A stretch of 64,000 bases of DNA from Eledone cirrhosa (GCA_964016885.1 OZ024766.1:4464001-4528000); one strand, 5' to 3'; shown: positions 41,758-58,646, counted from the stretch's first letter. The notes: generated by a model not told the origin, from the sequence alone. Program-made: numbers and translations.

Positions 41758-42095
41758 TTAGAGAATGACTGTGTGTATATGAGTGATCCATACATGTATT
41801 TATTATGTTTTAATATCTCTGTGTGTGTGCATTGGTTGTGTATAAATATGGTTATTCTTTTAATTTCCAATTGAGTTCTTATACACGTGGTTAATACCTA
41901 ACAGGTTTAAATGACCAGCGTGTATATTGTTTTATTGTAAGATGACCTCCCTTTACCCTTTTGGGGACAGCGTGTAATTTTATCTTTGGGAGGACTGCTG
42001 GACTTTCTAATCTACCAGTCTCTTCTTAGCGCTGAGGGAGACCATCACCATTCTATTAATGTCGATATAATTCTTATATCGATATTACTTGGGCA

Positions 42096-42219
42096 TCCAC
42101 TGATGAGTTTATAAGAGCCCACTTGTGTATAAAACTATGGATTATATACAAGTTTCTACATAACCTGGAAATTATTTATCCCAAATTGTAGAAATCTTAT
42201 AATGAAACGGCCGTCTGGA
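42096..42219 (+). ncRNA. Hammerhead with a ~97-nt extended stem II (family D)
   Basis: TCCA-CTGATGA-GTTTATAAGA...TCTTATAAT-GAAA-CGGCCG-TC-TGGA. Confidence 0.7.
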
Positions 42220-42261
42220 AGGAAAGAGATGTTTATTTAATAATGTCTCATATAAAATAAT

Positions 42262-42348
42262 TGTTTCTACTTTTGGCACAAGGCCAGCAATTATCCCAGT
42301 GCATTACTGGTACTTTATTTTATCGACCCCGTAAGGATGAAAGGCAAA
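42262..42348 (-). mobile_element. Truncated SINE nested in the family D element, with AAAATAAT target-site duplication
   Basis: Minus strand TTTGCCTTTCATCCTTACGGGGTCGATAAAATAAAGTACCAG..GCTGGCCTTGTGCC; AAAATAAT at 42254-42261 and 42349-42356; the empty site is seen at ~24440. Confidence 0.75.
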
Positions 42349-42492
42349 AAAATAATACAACCAGCTATCCACGAAATACTGATTAGTTAGCACCCCAAAC
42401 ACTAAATTGGGATAATACTTAGGTATATCCTAATGCTTGTTGAGTGAGATGGTGTTGGTCGGAGTATCGCTTAAGGCTTTCTCTGTTTATGT

Positions 42493-42551
<59 letters not shown>

Positions 42552-43076
42552 CTGTGTGTGTGCCTGCCGGTCACAGATCTGTCCAGTTTGTTTGTCTACC
42601 AGCATATTAGGAAAAAATTATACCTTTTCTATATATTTTGTCCGAGGAAGACGTTTTGCTTTATGTTATAAAACTTTACATCTTCGAAATATATATAATG
42701 AAATAAATAGAGATGATATAAAGTATATATATATTTCGCTTATTACTATTTTATATATATATATATTATTATGTAATAAACAACAAATGTTGTTTATTAC
42801 ATAATAATAATTAAGCTCTGTTACCTACATAGAGCACTCTTTTTTCCTGGACTTTTCCGACGGAATTACTTCACATATATATATATATATATATATACTG
42901 GTGCATTAAGTGTGGCCGAAACTCGAGTCCGGGGCCTACTATAGGCACCCGTTTACGTGTGTTGTATTGAAGCGAATAACTATGTGTATACTCTGGGTAT
43001 GTATTCTGCATTACCTATTAAGTACGCTGAGATACAACCAGTCCCGGCATTGATAAATATGCTGGGTCCGTCAACT

Positions 43077-43147
<71 letters not shown>

Positions 43148-43216
43148 CGAAAGGGTTATTTTTGAACTGTTAAGATCTTCTTCCTGGTTATGTCAATATT
43201 TATAAAACTAATTTTG

Positions 43217-43277
43217 TATTTTATCTGACGAGAGCGTACCAAAGTTTTGGTAGCCTTGAAATATATATAATAGAATA
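43217..43277 (+). ncRNA. Family A hammerhead (CUGACGA)
   Basis: TATTTTAT-CTGACGA-GAG..TACCAAA/TTTGGTA..CTT-GAAA-TATATA-TA-ATAGAATA. Confidence 0.75.
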
Positions 43278-43316
43278 AATATGGTTTTATAAATATAGTT
43301 TCCATTTATTTAATAT

Positions 43317-43367
<51 letters not shown>

Positions 43368-43563
43368 AACTGTTATAGAAACACGTGTCAATAAATTCCT
43401 TTCAACTAAACTGTATCCATTCAAATCTTTCTATATATACATATATATATAAAGAATTAGTATATCTACCAACATATATATACAGATGCATACCTATGCT
43501 AGCAAATATATAGGTTTTGTCTTAGTAACTTTGTGGTTCAATGCAAGGGGATGCAGAACAATA

Positions 43564-43619
<56 letters not shown>

Positions 43620-43809
43620 CATTTACTTAAAATCTGCCTTTCTAAAAACTCATCTCCGAGTGATTCTTTAAAACCTTCACTAGGACACTCCGTTGATATT
43701 GGGTCTATAAACCCGAAAATATTTGGGATAATTAATTGCTAAGGTAAGATTCTTTCGATATCTTGGCACATTTAATTTTCTAATTCATTGTATGGCTTTC
43801 AAAATAACT

Positions 43810-43843
<34 letters not shown>

Positions 43844-43846
<3 letters not shown>

Positions 43847-44016
43847 CGAAGGAAAAGTGGCAAGGAACCAGGTGGACCATAACGCACCTAAGTACTCAAT
43901 ACTTAGGGTAGTAGAGTGGGTAATAGGAACGAGTAGGACCCCGACGGCTGAGCTCAAGCCGTTTCGACGGCTAATTCTGGACTTGAGCTCAGCCGTCGGG
44001 GTCCTACTCGCTCCTA
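43844..44016 (-). mobile_element. Family E short element with partial fold-back (other copies 45761-45925, 50586-50769, 53148-53365, 53623-53777, 60060-60197)
   Basis: Shared TAACGAAGGA..GGAACCAGGTGGACCATAACG..AGTACTCAATAC..; minus strand has GAAA-CGGCTTGAGCTCAGCCG-TC-GGGG (hammerhead 3' half); nearly all copies abut (TA)n. Confidence 0.75.
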
Positions 44017-44041
44017 TATATAAATATATATATTTATATAT

Positions 44042-44206
<165 letters not shown>

Positions 44207-44216
44207 AATATATATA

Positions 44217-44984
<768 letters not shown>

Positions 44985-45267
44985 TATGTATATATAAAGA
45001 GAGAGAAAGAGAGAGAGAGAGAGATCCGAAAATAAATTAAGAGTATTTATCATTTTTTCAATTTACAGGAAAGCGTGTATATTTGACATGTCTATATAAT
45101 AAAACTTATATACATTAGCATTTGCAAATATAGTTAATACACACACACACACACACATGTATATATATAAACTTACACACACACATACACACAGACACAC
45201 ACATACACATATATATATCGAGCCCTCTTCGGATTTTGGTCTTCATAATTATTATTACTATACGCAT

Positions 45268-45376
45268 AGAGTTACGGCCCTTGCCATTCTGAGTTCAAAT
45301 CTCGCCGAGGTTAAATTTGTCTTTCATCCTTACGGGGTACTTGCTGGCCTTGTGCCTATTGTAGAAACAATTATTA
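45268..45376 (+). mobile_element. SINE fragment (same family as 42262)
   Basis: B-box-like GAGTTCAAATC, then TTTCATCCTTACGGGGT and TTGCTGGCCTTGTGCC..GTAGAAACAATTATT. Confidence 0.7.
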
Positions 45377-45377
45377 C

Positions 45378-45428
<51 letters not shown>

Positions 45429-45682
45429 GTGTGTGTGTATGTGTAGGTTTGATGAATACAACAAGAGGACGGACTGGTGATGTTCCTTTAAAGTTTTCTT
45501 ACGGCTAATACATTATGTATATTCCAATCGCCTGCTTAGCTACAGTTTGACGACATCATCAGGTTTGGATTGCATAATTAGTTAATCAATAAAGGAATTC
45601 CGGCAAACACAAACAGAAACAATATTTGTTTTGTTTCGGGGACGCCCTGCGATCTCGCTTTTTTCTTTGTCAAAGACGATCC

Positions 45683-45756
<74 letters not shown>

Positions 45757-45921
45757 TATATAACGAAGGAGGAAGTGTGGTAAGGAACCAGATGAATCAT
45801 AACGTACCAGAGTACTCAATACTTAGGGTAGGAGAGTGGTTAATAGGGAAATGTTTAATCCTGACGTCAGGGCGCAAGCCATCGCAACGGCTTGCGCTCT
45901 GCCGTCGGGGTTAAACATTTT

Positions 45922-45983
<62 letters not shown>

Positions 45984-46059
45984 TATGTGTGTATATACAT
46001 ATATATATGTGTGTGTGGGGGGGGGGTGCAGGTGATCAGCCTATATACGTATATCATTT

Positions 46060-46195
46060 GTATACGTATATATATATATATATATAATATATATATATAT
46101 AAATAAAATATATAATATATATAAATATAATATATATATAAATATAATATATATATATTTATATATATATATATATATATAATATATATATATAT

Positions 46196-46226
<31 letters not shown>

Positions 46227-46354
46227 ATATATATATATTATATATACATTATATATATATATATATATAATATATATATAATATATATATAATATATAAA
46301 TATATAATATATATATATATATAATATATATATATAATATATATATATATATAT

Positions 46355-46397
<43 letters not shown>

Positions 46398-46879
46398 TTC
46401 TGGCAATATTATTACAACAATATGACCCTCCCAAGTATAACAATATTTGTTTCGACACACGATTTCATATCAAAAACCTCGCAAAACAAATATATAAATT
46501 TATATATATACATATATGCACATATATATGTATATGTATGTATATATATAATGTATTTAATAGTATATATGTATGTATATATATAATGTATTTAATAGTA
46601 TATATCTATACATATATGTATAGATGTTTATATACATACATACACACACACACATATTTCTATGTCTGTGTGTGTGTGTATGTATATATACGTATATATA
46701 TGTATATATATAATGTATTTAATAGTATATATATATACACACACACACACATATATATATATATACATAATGTATTTAATAGTATATATATATACACACA
46801 CATATATATATATATATGTATGTATATATATATATATACATATGTATATATGTATACATATGTACACCCATATTATATA

Positions 46880-46919
<40 letters not shown>

Positions 46920-47044
46920 TATATACACACATATATGTATATATGTGTGTATATATGTATATATATATATGTATACATATATACACATATATATATGTAT
47001 ATATGTGTATATATATATATATATATACATATATACACATATAT

Positions 47045-47099
<55 letters not shown>

Positions 47100-47348
47100 T
47101 ATATATGTATATATGTGTTAACACACTTTTCATTCTATCACACAATGCACATTCTAATGTAAACACACACACATATACACACACCTCTCACAGTTCATGT
47201 CAGTCAGCCCCTCCCCTTCTCTGGCCCACGAGGGGATATAGCCAAAACGTAGAAGATCCTATCTTGTTAGACATAGATTAAAGATAGATGAATTATTGCT
47301 AGAGTTCTTCTTGTTGTTGTTGCTGTGATTATTAGTGTGTGTATGATA

Positions 47349-47396
<48 letters not shown>

Positions 47397-47397
47397 T

Positions 47398-47455
<58 letters not shown>

Positions 47456-48128
47456 ATATATCTATATATATATAGAGATATATATATATATATCTATATA
47501 TATATCTATCTATATCTATATATATATATATAGAGAGAGAGATATAGAGAGATAGATATATCTAGAGAGAGAGAGATATATATAGATATATCTATCTATA
47601 TATCTATATATAGATATATATAGATATATATATATATATATATATCTATATATATCTATATATAGATATATATAGATATGTATATATATATATATATATA
47701 TATATGCATATATAGATATATATATCTATATATATATATCTATATATAGATATAGATATATATATCGATATATATCTAGATATATATATCTATATATATA
47801 TATCGATATATATATCTATATATATATATATCGATATATATATCTATATCTATATATATAGATATATATATCTATATATATATATCGATATATATATATA
47901 TATCTATATATATCTATATATATATATCGATATATATATCTATATCTATATCGATATATATAGATATATATATATATATCTATATATATATCTATATATC
48001 TATATCTATATATCTAGATATAGATATATATATCTATATATATATAGATATATATATCGATATAGATATATATATCTATATCTATATATCTATAGATATA
48101 TCTATATCGATATATATATCTATATATA

Positions 48129-48178
<50 letters not shown>

Positions 48179-48245
48179 TATATATATCTACATATCTACA
48201 TATATATATATATATATCTAGATATATATATCTAGAGAGAGAGAG
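46060..48245. repeat. Compound TA/CA/GA microsatellite fields
   Basis: Directly visible, with short unique interruptions. Confidence 0.9.
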
Positions 48246-48299
48246 GTTTAAAGATCAACTGATTGAAAGTCACGCTAGAATGATATACAGGAACAACAA

Positions 48300-49035
48300 A
48301 AATATAATATAAAACAATATAATACAATATAAAACAATAAAATACAATAAAATACAATATAAAACAATATAAAACAATATAATACAATATAAAACAATAT
48401 AATACAATATAATACAATACAATACAATACAAAATAATATAATACAATATAAAACAATATAATACAATATAAAACAATATAATACAATATAATACAATAT
48501 AAAACAATATAATACAATATAATACAATATAAAACAATATAATACAATATAAAACAATATAATACAATATAATACAATATAAAACAATATAATACAATAT
48601 AAAACAATATAATACAATATAAAACAATATAATACAATATAAAACAATATAAAACAATATAATACAATATAAAACAATATAATACAATATAATACAATAT
48701 AATACAATATAATACAATATAATACAATATAAAACAATATAATACAATATAAAACAATATAATACAATATAAAACAATATAAAACAATATAATACAATAT
48801 AAAACAATATAATACAATATAATACAATATAATACAATATAATACAATATAATACAATATAAAACAATATAATACAATATAATACAATATAATACAATAT
48901 AATACAATATAAAACAATATAATACAATATAAAACAATATAATACAATATAAAACAATATAAAACAATATAATACAATATAAAACAATATAATACAATAT
49001 AATACAATATAATACAATATAATACAATATAATAT
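48300..49035. repeat. 10-bp satellite AA(T/A)ACAATAT, about 72 copies
   Basis: Directly visible. Confidence 0.95.
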
Positions 49036-49104
49036 AAAGATAATATAATAATACAATTTAATATAGACTGAAAAGTCAGAACTACAAAAATCACACCAAG
49101 ATGA

Positions 49105-50150
49105 GATGGTGTGGGGTGGAGTGGGGATGGGGGTGGAGTGGGGTGATGGAGTGGTGGTGGTGTAGTGGTGGTGGTGTAGTGGTGGTGGTGTAGTGGTGAT
49201 GGTGTAGTGGGTGGTGGTGGTGTAGTGGTGGTGTAGTGGTGGTGTAGTGGTGGTGGTGTAGTGATGGTGACGGAAATAGTGGTGACGGAGGTGGTGGTGA
49301 CGGGGGTGGTGGTGGTGGTGGAAGTGACGGAGGTGGTGTAGTGGTGGTGGTGACAGTGGTGGTGGTGGTGTAGTGTAGTGGTGGTGGTGTAGTGATGGAG
49401 GTAGTGGTGGTGGTGGTGGTGGTGGTGTAGTGTAGTGGTGGGTGTAGTAGTGGTGGTGGTGGTGGTGTAGTGGTGGTGGAGGTGGTGGTGGGGTGTATGT
49501 GTGGGGTTAGGGTTGATGTGAAAAGATAAACGCTGGCTGATGAAATGAAATGAAAGGAGGCCGTGAGATGAGAGTGTGAGGGTCTTAATGGAATATAACC
49601 AGGAGTCTGGTGGAATGGAGAGAGAGTGAGAGGGGGAAGAGGGGGGAGAGAGTGAGAGGGGGAAGAGGGGGAGAGAGTGAGAGGGGGAAGAGGGGGAGAG
49701 AGTGAGAGGGGGGAGATTGAGAGGGGGGAGAGTGAAAGAGAGGGGGGAGAGTGAGAGAGAGGGGGAGAGAGAGGAGGATGGAGAGGGGGAGAGCGAGTGG
49801 ATGGAGAGGGGTGAGGAGAGGGAGGGTGGAGAGAGGGAGTGGGTGGAGAAGAGGATAGAGATAGGGAGGAATTGATAGGGAGAGAGATGGGGAGAGAGAG
49901 AGGGGGGAGAGAGAGATGGGAGAGAGAGAGAGGGGGGAGAGAGAGATGGGGAGAAAGAGAGGGGGGAGAGAGAGAAAGAGAGAGGAATGGAGAGAGAGAG
50001 AGAGAGAGGAATGGAGAGAGAGAGAGAGAGAGAGAGAGGAATGGAGAGAGAGAGAGAGAGAGAGAGTGGGAGGAATGGAGAGAGAGAGAGAGAGAGAGAG
50101 AGGAATAGAGAGAGAGAGAGAGAGAATATGAGAGAGAGGGGAGAGGGAGA
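49105..50150. repeat. (GGT)n followed by a (GA)n polypurine tract
   Basis: Directly visible. Confidence 0.9.
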
Positions 50151-50310
50151 GGCTGGGACAGGAGAGCTCCACTATAATGGCGTCTGACATTTATTGGGTT
50201 TTACTGGGCTTTGCTTAATTAAGTTTCTGTCAATTAAATTGTACTTCGTTGTGTTTGTTTAGATTTGTGTACACACACACACATACACACACAGAGAGAC
50301 ACACACACAG

Positions 50311-50353
<43 letters not shown>

Positions 50354-50543
50354 GATATATCTAATGTTCAGAGCTCGTGATCTTGGTAACCCGTAAAGGA
50401 GATGCAGAACTTAATATTGATAACAGAGAATGTATAATTTTATATAGTTAATTCCTTACAACATAGCACCGATGTTTCAGCAAAGCAAACTAGTTGTTCG
50501 CAGAAGTGCTATTCCTTATCCAGATCTTTCTTTCTCATATATA

Positions 50544-50588
<45 letters not shown>

Positions 50589-50765
50589 CGAAGGAAATGT
50601 GGTAAGGAACCAGGTGGACCATAACGCACCAAAGTACTCAATACTTGGGGTAGTAGAGTGGGTAATAGGAACCAGTAAGACCCCGACGGCTGAGCTCAAG
50701 CCGTTTCGACGGCTAATTCTCGAAATCGAGACGGCTTGAGCTCAGCCGTCGGGGTCTTACTGGTT

Positions 50766-50798
<33 letters not shown>

Positions 50799-50866
50799 GA
50801 TATGTCCCAAGGCTCTGAAACCATCAACACTATACACACAGAGCTGGCATAGCTAAGAACTGACTA

Positions 50867-50922
50867 ACTGCCTGATGAGGTCATAGCCATTCAATGGCTA
50901 TCATCGAAATATATATAGCAGT
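50867..50922 (+). ncRNA. Canonical minimal type-I hammerhead (family F)
   Basis: ACTGC-CTGATGA-GGT.ATAGCCATT.C.AATGGCTAT.ATC-GAAA-TATATA-TA-GCAGT-AAATAAA. Confidence 0.85.
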
Positions 50923-51235
50923 AAATAAAGGATTATGAGTTCATGCAATTGACTTCTGTTTTGTCACTATATATATATATATATATATTGTTATACTTTG
51001 GGAGGGTCATGTTGCCAATAAGAAACACACGCACCAGTTGCTTTCACTTCAATTTATTATAATAAATTTATAATAAATTTATAAATTTCTGGTTGGTTGG
51101 TTGGTTCCACAACCAGATAGTTGTTTATATATAGTCATAGTTCTTTTGTCACACACTCTGTGACCTCTTCAGTGACTGGGGATTACTTTCTTTATATATA
51201 TATATATATTTTCTTTATATATATATATATTTCTT

Positions 51236-51281
<46 letters not shown>

Positions 51282-51824
51282 TAGAATATTTAAGTATCGA
51301 GAGAAGAAGAGATAAGTGATACATATATTAAGTTGCCAATAGCTTATGCATATGTACTCAATACTTGTGCCTACAGGGTTAAATATTAGAAGCGTTAGGG
51401 TTAGGGTTCTAGTGGGCGAGAATATTAGAGTGGTTACAAGTGGAATAATTACAAAAGAGGAATATACCGTTAAAACATTTTTATATAAGAATGCACCTAC
51501 GTACGTTTGGCCTGAAAAGGGCTTCTCAATGGCGTAGAAAACGTGTGTGTGTGTGTGGTGTGTGTGTGTACATATATTTATACTGTGTTTTCTTCGCATC
51601 CACACCCTTTAAGGTCACCCAGGACACTAATTAAATAACTCGTTAGATATTTTGACTGTGGAGAAACAGCTCTGTTGCCAGAGCGGGGGTGAAACTGCGT
51701 GTTCATTCGACAGCTGATGACCAAGGTGTTGTTACCCAGTTCATGTTAACACACTTCTGTCCCCCGTGTTCCAGTCATGTACTTTATTGAGCCGTTTCTC
51801 ACCCTATATATATATGTGTGTATA

Positions 51825-51855
<31 letters not shown>

Positions 51856-51995
51856 GTGTATAAATGCGTATGTATCTATATCTAACTGTATGTATGTGTA
51901 TATATATATATATATGTATATAGATATGCATATATATGTATATAGATATGAATATATATATATATAGATATGAATATATATATATATAGATATGA

Positions 51996-52047
<52 letters not shown>

Positions 52048-52185
52048 CTGCGCGCGTGTGTATGTGTGTGTGTGTGCGTTGTCAGTTGTTTTTACATGAA
52101 TATTTCGGTTTCTTCTCATCCTATTCAGTGATCCATCTTTCAACACAAATACTTTAGTCTCTAGTCACTCATCCTTGAAAAAGAA

Positions 52186-53150
<965 letters not shown>

Positions 53151-53361
53151 CGAAGGAAATGTGGCAAGGAACCAGGTGGACCATAACGGACCAAAGTACT
53201 CAATACTTAGGGTAGTAGAGTGGGTAATAGGAACGAGTAGGACCCCGACGGCTGAGCTCAAGCCGTTTCGACGGCTAATTCTGGACTAAATAAAATGTTT
53301 TATTTAGTCCAGAATTAACCGTCGAAACGGCTTGAGCTCAGCCGTCGGGGTCCTACTCGTT

Positions 53362-53406
<45 letters not shown>

Positions 53407-53506
53407 CCTGTTATTATTTCTAGCAATATTATTACAATATGACCCTCCCCAAGTATAACTATATATATATATAAAATCAAAAGATGGTTAAAAGAGTTCC
53501 AAGTAT

Positions 53507-53571
53507 TTTATTATGCGCATTTCAAAAACAAATATCATCAAGAGATGATATCTGCGTTTTCATCAGATAAA
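53507..53571 (-). ncRNA. Minimal type-I hammerhead
   Basis: TTTAT-CTGATGA-AAAC.CAGATATCATC.TCTT.GATGATATTTG.TTTT-GAAA-TGCGCA-TA-ATAAA. Confidence 0.8.
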
Positions 53572-53594
53572 TATATATATATAATAATATATAT

Positions 53595-53625
<31 letters not shown>

Positions 53626-54359
53626 ACGAAGGAGGTGTGGTAAGGAACTAGATGGCCCATAACGCACCGGAGTACTCAATACCTAGTGTAGTAGAGTGGG
53701 TAATAGGAAAATGTTAGACCCCCGACGGCAGAGCTCAAGCCGTTTCGACGGCTATTTCTGGACTCTGTCCAGAAATATATGCATACACTTTTTTATATAT
53801 ACATATATACACACACACAGACACACTTTTTTATATATACATATATACATATATACACACACAGACACACTTTTTTATATATACATATATACATATATAC
53901 ACACACACAGACACACTTTTTTATATATACATATATACATATATACACACACACAGACACACTTTTTTATATATACATATATACATATATACACACACAC
54001 AGACACACTTTTTTATATATACATATATACATATATACACACACAGACATATATATATATATATATATATATGCGTGTGTGTGTGTCTATGTACACATAA
54101 ATGCACCCCCCCCCATCCCCACCGCCACTACCAACAACAACAACAACAATAGCAGCAGCAGCCCCTAAACAAATTTATTTACAAATCGCCTAAAACAACA
54201 TTTGCCAGACATTCCAGCGATTGTTCTGCACTCCCTCTTCTCTTACCTCAGCCATTCCAGTGATTGTTCAAACCCCCTCCCCGCCGCCATTCGGACACCC
54301 CCCCCCCCTCCTCCCTTTTAGCAAAGCTAATGTAGCAATGAAACTTGGGTCCCAGCCTT

Positions 54360-56092
54360 CCCACCACCACCACTACACCACCACCACCACAACACTACAC
54401 CACCACCACCACCACAACACTACACCACCACCACCACCACCACACCACTACACCACCACCACCACCACCACACTACACCACCACCACCACCACACCACCA
54501 CCACCACACCACAACACTACACCACCACCACCACAACACTACACCACCACCACCACCACAACACTACACCACCACCACCACAACACTACACCACCACCAC
54601 CACAACACTACACCAGCACCACCACCACCACTACACCACCACCACCACAACACTACACCACCACCACCACAACACTACACCACCACCACCACAACACTAC
54701 ACCACCACCACCACAACACTACACCACCACCACCACCACCACTACACCACCACCACCACAACACTACACCACCACCACCACCACCACTACACCACCACCA
54801 CCACAACACTACACCACCACCACCACAACACTACACCACCACCACCACTACACCACCACAACACTACACCACCACCACCACCACCACTACACCACCACCA
54901 CCACAACACTACACCACCACAACATTACACCACCACAACACTACACCACCACCACCACCACCACTACACCACCACCACCACCACCACAACATTACACCAC
55001 CACAACACTACACCACCACCACTACACCACCACCACCACCACCACAACATTACACCACCACAACACTACACCACCACCACCACCACCACTACACCACCAC
55101 CACCACCACCACAACATTACACCACCACAACACTACAACCACCATCACTACACCACTACCACCACCACCACTACACTACCACCACTACAACCACATCACC
55201 ACCACTACACCACCACCACTACTACACTACCACTACTACAACCACCAACACTACACTACCACCACCAACACTACACCAGCACCACTACACCACCACCAAC
55301 AACACTACACCACCACCACTCCACCACCAACACTACACCATCACAACATCAGCACCACCACTACACCACCACCACATCACAACACCACCACCACCACTAG
55401 ACCACCACCAACACTACACCACCACCAACATTACACCAGCACCACTACATAACCACCACCAACACTACACCACCAACAACACTACACCACCACCACCACC
55501 ACCACTACACCACCAACACTACATCACCAACACTACACCATCACAACATCAGCACCACCACCACCACCACTAGATCACCACCACCACCACCGCCACTACA
55601 CAACCCCCACCATTAGACCACCACCACTACCACCACCACTACACCACCTCAGCTATCAATGTAGTTAGTGTTCAATAAAACTGATTGGGTAATTAGACTT
55701 TCGATCAGTTTTGATTGGTTCGGCCAACAAAACACTCGACAGGCTCAGCTATTGGTTAGATTCTTCGCTAATATCATATAGCTACACACCGCCCACCATC
55801 CTCTCCCACACACCACCACCACACCACAACTACACACCGCCCACCATCCTCTCCCACACACCACCACCACACCACAACTACACACCGCCCACCATCCTCT
55901 CCCACACACCACCACCACACCACAACTACACAACCAACCCCTACACACCGCCCACCATCCTCTCCCACACACCACCACCACACCACAACTACACAACCAA
56001 CCCCTACACACCGCCCACCATCCTCTCCCACACACCACCACCACACCACAACTACACAACCAACCCCTACACACCACCACCAACTACACACC
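54360..56092. repeat. (ACC)n/ACTAC low-complexity field and a short 48/63-bp tandem repeat (55782-56075)
   Basis: Directly visible. Confidence 0.9.
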
Positions 56093-56191
56093 GCAAATAT
56101 GTGTGTGTGTGTGTGTGTTTTTGTGTATATATGTATATGTGGGTGCGTTTGTATGAGTATAAATTATATATATATATATTATATGTGTATG

Positions 56192-56222
<31 letters not shown>

Positions 56223-56386
56223 TAATATATATATATGTGTATGTATGTGTGTATACATATGTGTATATATTTATACACACACATATATATACATATATAT
56301 ATATATATATAAAATATATATATAAAAAAAAATATATATATATATACGATATTAACAAATGGAAACTATATTTATAAAACCATATC

Positions 56387-56451
56387 TATTTCATTATACA
56401 TATTTCAAGGATACCATGTTAAATTATGGTATGCTTTCATCAGACAAAATA
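56387..56451 (-). ncRNA. Family A hammerhead
   Basis: TATTTTGT-CTGATGA-AAG.ATACCAT..ATGGTAT.CTT-GAAA-TATGTA-TA-ATGAAATA. Confidence 0.75.
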
Positions 56452-56543
56452 CAATATATACCAGTTTTATAAATAAATATTGACATACCCTTACAAAATG
56501 CAACCGTTACTTTTGGAAGACATCGGGATAGTGGATTTGTTTA

Positions 56544-56613
<70 letters not shown>

Positions 56614-56936
56614 ATATATATATATTTATTAAAATAACAGATTAAAGTTTAAGCAAAGAATCGCTGCTTTCACCCTTAATGGGATCTTCAAATTTATTAT
56701 TATTACTATATAATATATATATATATATATATAAATATATATATATTATATATATATATATAAAAATATATATATATAAAAATATATATATAAAAATATA
56801 TATATATATATATATATAAAAATATATATATAAAAATATATATATATATAAAAATATATATATAAAAAAATATATATATAAAAATATATATATAAAAATA
56901 TATATATATATAAAAATATATATATATATATATATA

Positions 56937-56992
<56 letters not shown>

Positions 56993-57040
56993 AAAATATA
57001 TATATATATATAAAAATATATATATATATATATAATATAT

Positions 57041-57093
<53 letters not shown>

Positions 57094-57196
57094 AAAATAT
57101 ATATATATATATATTTATAAAAATATATATATATATATATTTATAAAAATATATATATAAAATATATTTATATACAAAATTCCAACAGTGACATAA

Positions 57197-57298
57197 ACAG
57201 GTACTTAAATTTCGTTGGGTTTTGGACCCCAACTCATTCAGCCTCTCATAGGGCTGAATGATTTGGGGTCCAGGACCCAACGAAACTTAAGTACCTGT
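57197..57298. repeat. ~48-bp-arm palindrome with a hammerhead 3' half
   Basis: Plus arm ..GACCCAAC-GAAA-CTTAAG-TA-CCTG; no CUGANGA retained. Confidence 0.7.
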
Positions 57299-57496
57299 GC
57301 TTTTCAACGTTATAATTTGTTATACTAAACTCGTCCTACAGACTGAGTGCTCTGACTCATGGATTGTCCTACCAAACTTTTACTACAGTGTATATATATA
57401 TATATATATATATCCACCACCACCCTACTCTCAAGAGCGTGAAACTAATAAACCTTTGTTGGTACTGCCTCTCTGTTTTGTTCCCGTTCAATTTTT

Positions 57497-57546
<50 letters not shown>

Positions 57547-57548
<2 letters not shown>

Positions 57549-57790
57549 AAGGCGGGTAAAATTCCCGAGATCCATGGACGAGTTCTCTCCAGCGGTCTCT
57601 GTCCCTCATTATCGCTGCCATGTCCTGCATCTCCAACAGACCAGTGTCTGTCCTTAGGGCATCAACATACGTTAACCTTGGTTTTCCTCTTCTAGTGTGT
57701 CCATGTAGGGGCTCCCAAAGGAGCACTGAGTGCAATGTCAACTCTGGATGTCGGTGAGCATGTCCAGCCAACCTCAGTCTCCTCTGTGGA
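57547..57790 (-). mobile_element. RTE-clade LINE 3' fragment (same family and length as 25055-25300)
   Basis: RRLRLAGHAHRHPELTLHSVLLWEPLHGHTRRGKPRLTYVDALR..DRDRWR; stop followed by (TA)n. Confidence 0.8.
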
Positions 57791-57807
57791 CCGTTACTGC
57801 CTGATGA

Positions 57808-57844
<37 letters not shown>

Positions 57845-58208
57845 TAAAGTTAGTCCTTCATCAGTGATCTTCCAACCATGATTGGTATTTAATCGCTTTA
57901 AAGACCATATACCTCCGGTTGGTGCGAACAACGGCTAAAAAAAGTCGTTGGGACACGTAAATAAAGGGGACACGAGTGTAAACAAACAAAAATGGTGAAG
58001 CAACGAAAAGTGAGGAAGAAGGAGTCAAGTCCCAAATTTTTATGAATTTAAATTCGGTGAAATCGTGAACGAGAGAGAATAAAGACCATCAAACCTGGTT
58101 GAAATGTGAGCAAGGAAGGAATTCCGTACAGGTCTAACGGGAGGAAGAAGGGATCTAGTCTGTGAATTCGGTGAACGTAAGTTCTGTGAAATCGTAGACG
58201 AGAGAGAG

Positions 58209-58243
<35 letters not shown>

Positions 58244-58311
58244 GAGGTTATATTTAATTTAAAAATTTTCTAACCGATATAAAGCACTCAACAAGTTAGT
58301 GGAGTAAATAT

Positions 58312-58646
58312 ACAATATATTAATAAATGGAAACTATATTTATAAAACCATATTTATTTTATTATACATATTTCAAGGGCAACCAAAGCAAATTATGGTG
58401 CGCTTTCATCAGATAAAATACAGATTTGTTTTATAAATAAATATTGACATACCCGGAAAAAAGACAATACAGGAAGCTCCAACCGTTAAGGTTGTCTTTT
58501 TTTTCCGGGTATGTCAATATTTATTTATAAAACCAATCTGTATTTTATCTGATGAAAGCGCACCATAATTTGCCTTGGTTGCCCTTGAAATATATATAAT
58601 AAAATAAATATGGTTTTATAAATATAGTTTCCATTTATTAATATAT

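Noticed and set aside
45485-45570. Minus-strand CTGATGA...GAAA (also isolated CTGATGA at ~768, 49537, 51714 and 57801)
   Set aside because: Could not form both stem I and a UH-closed stem III; not counted as hammerheads.
51393-51408. TTAGGGTTAGGG telomere-like repeat
   Set aside because: Only two units; expected by chance.
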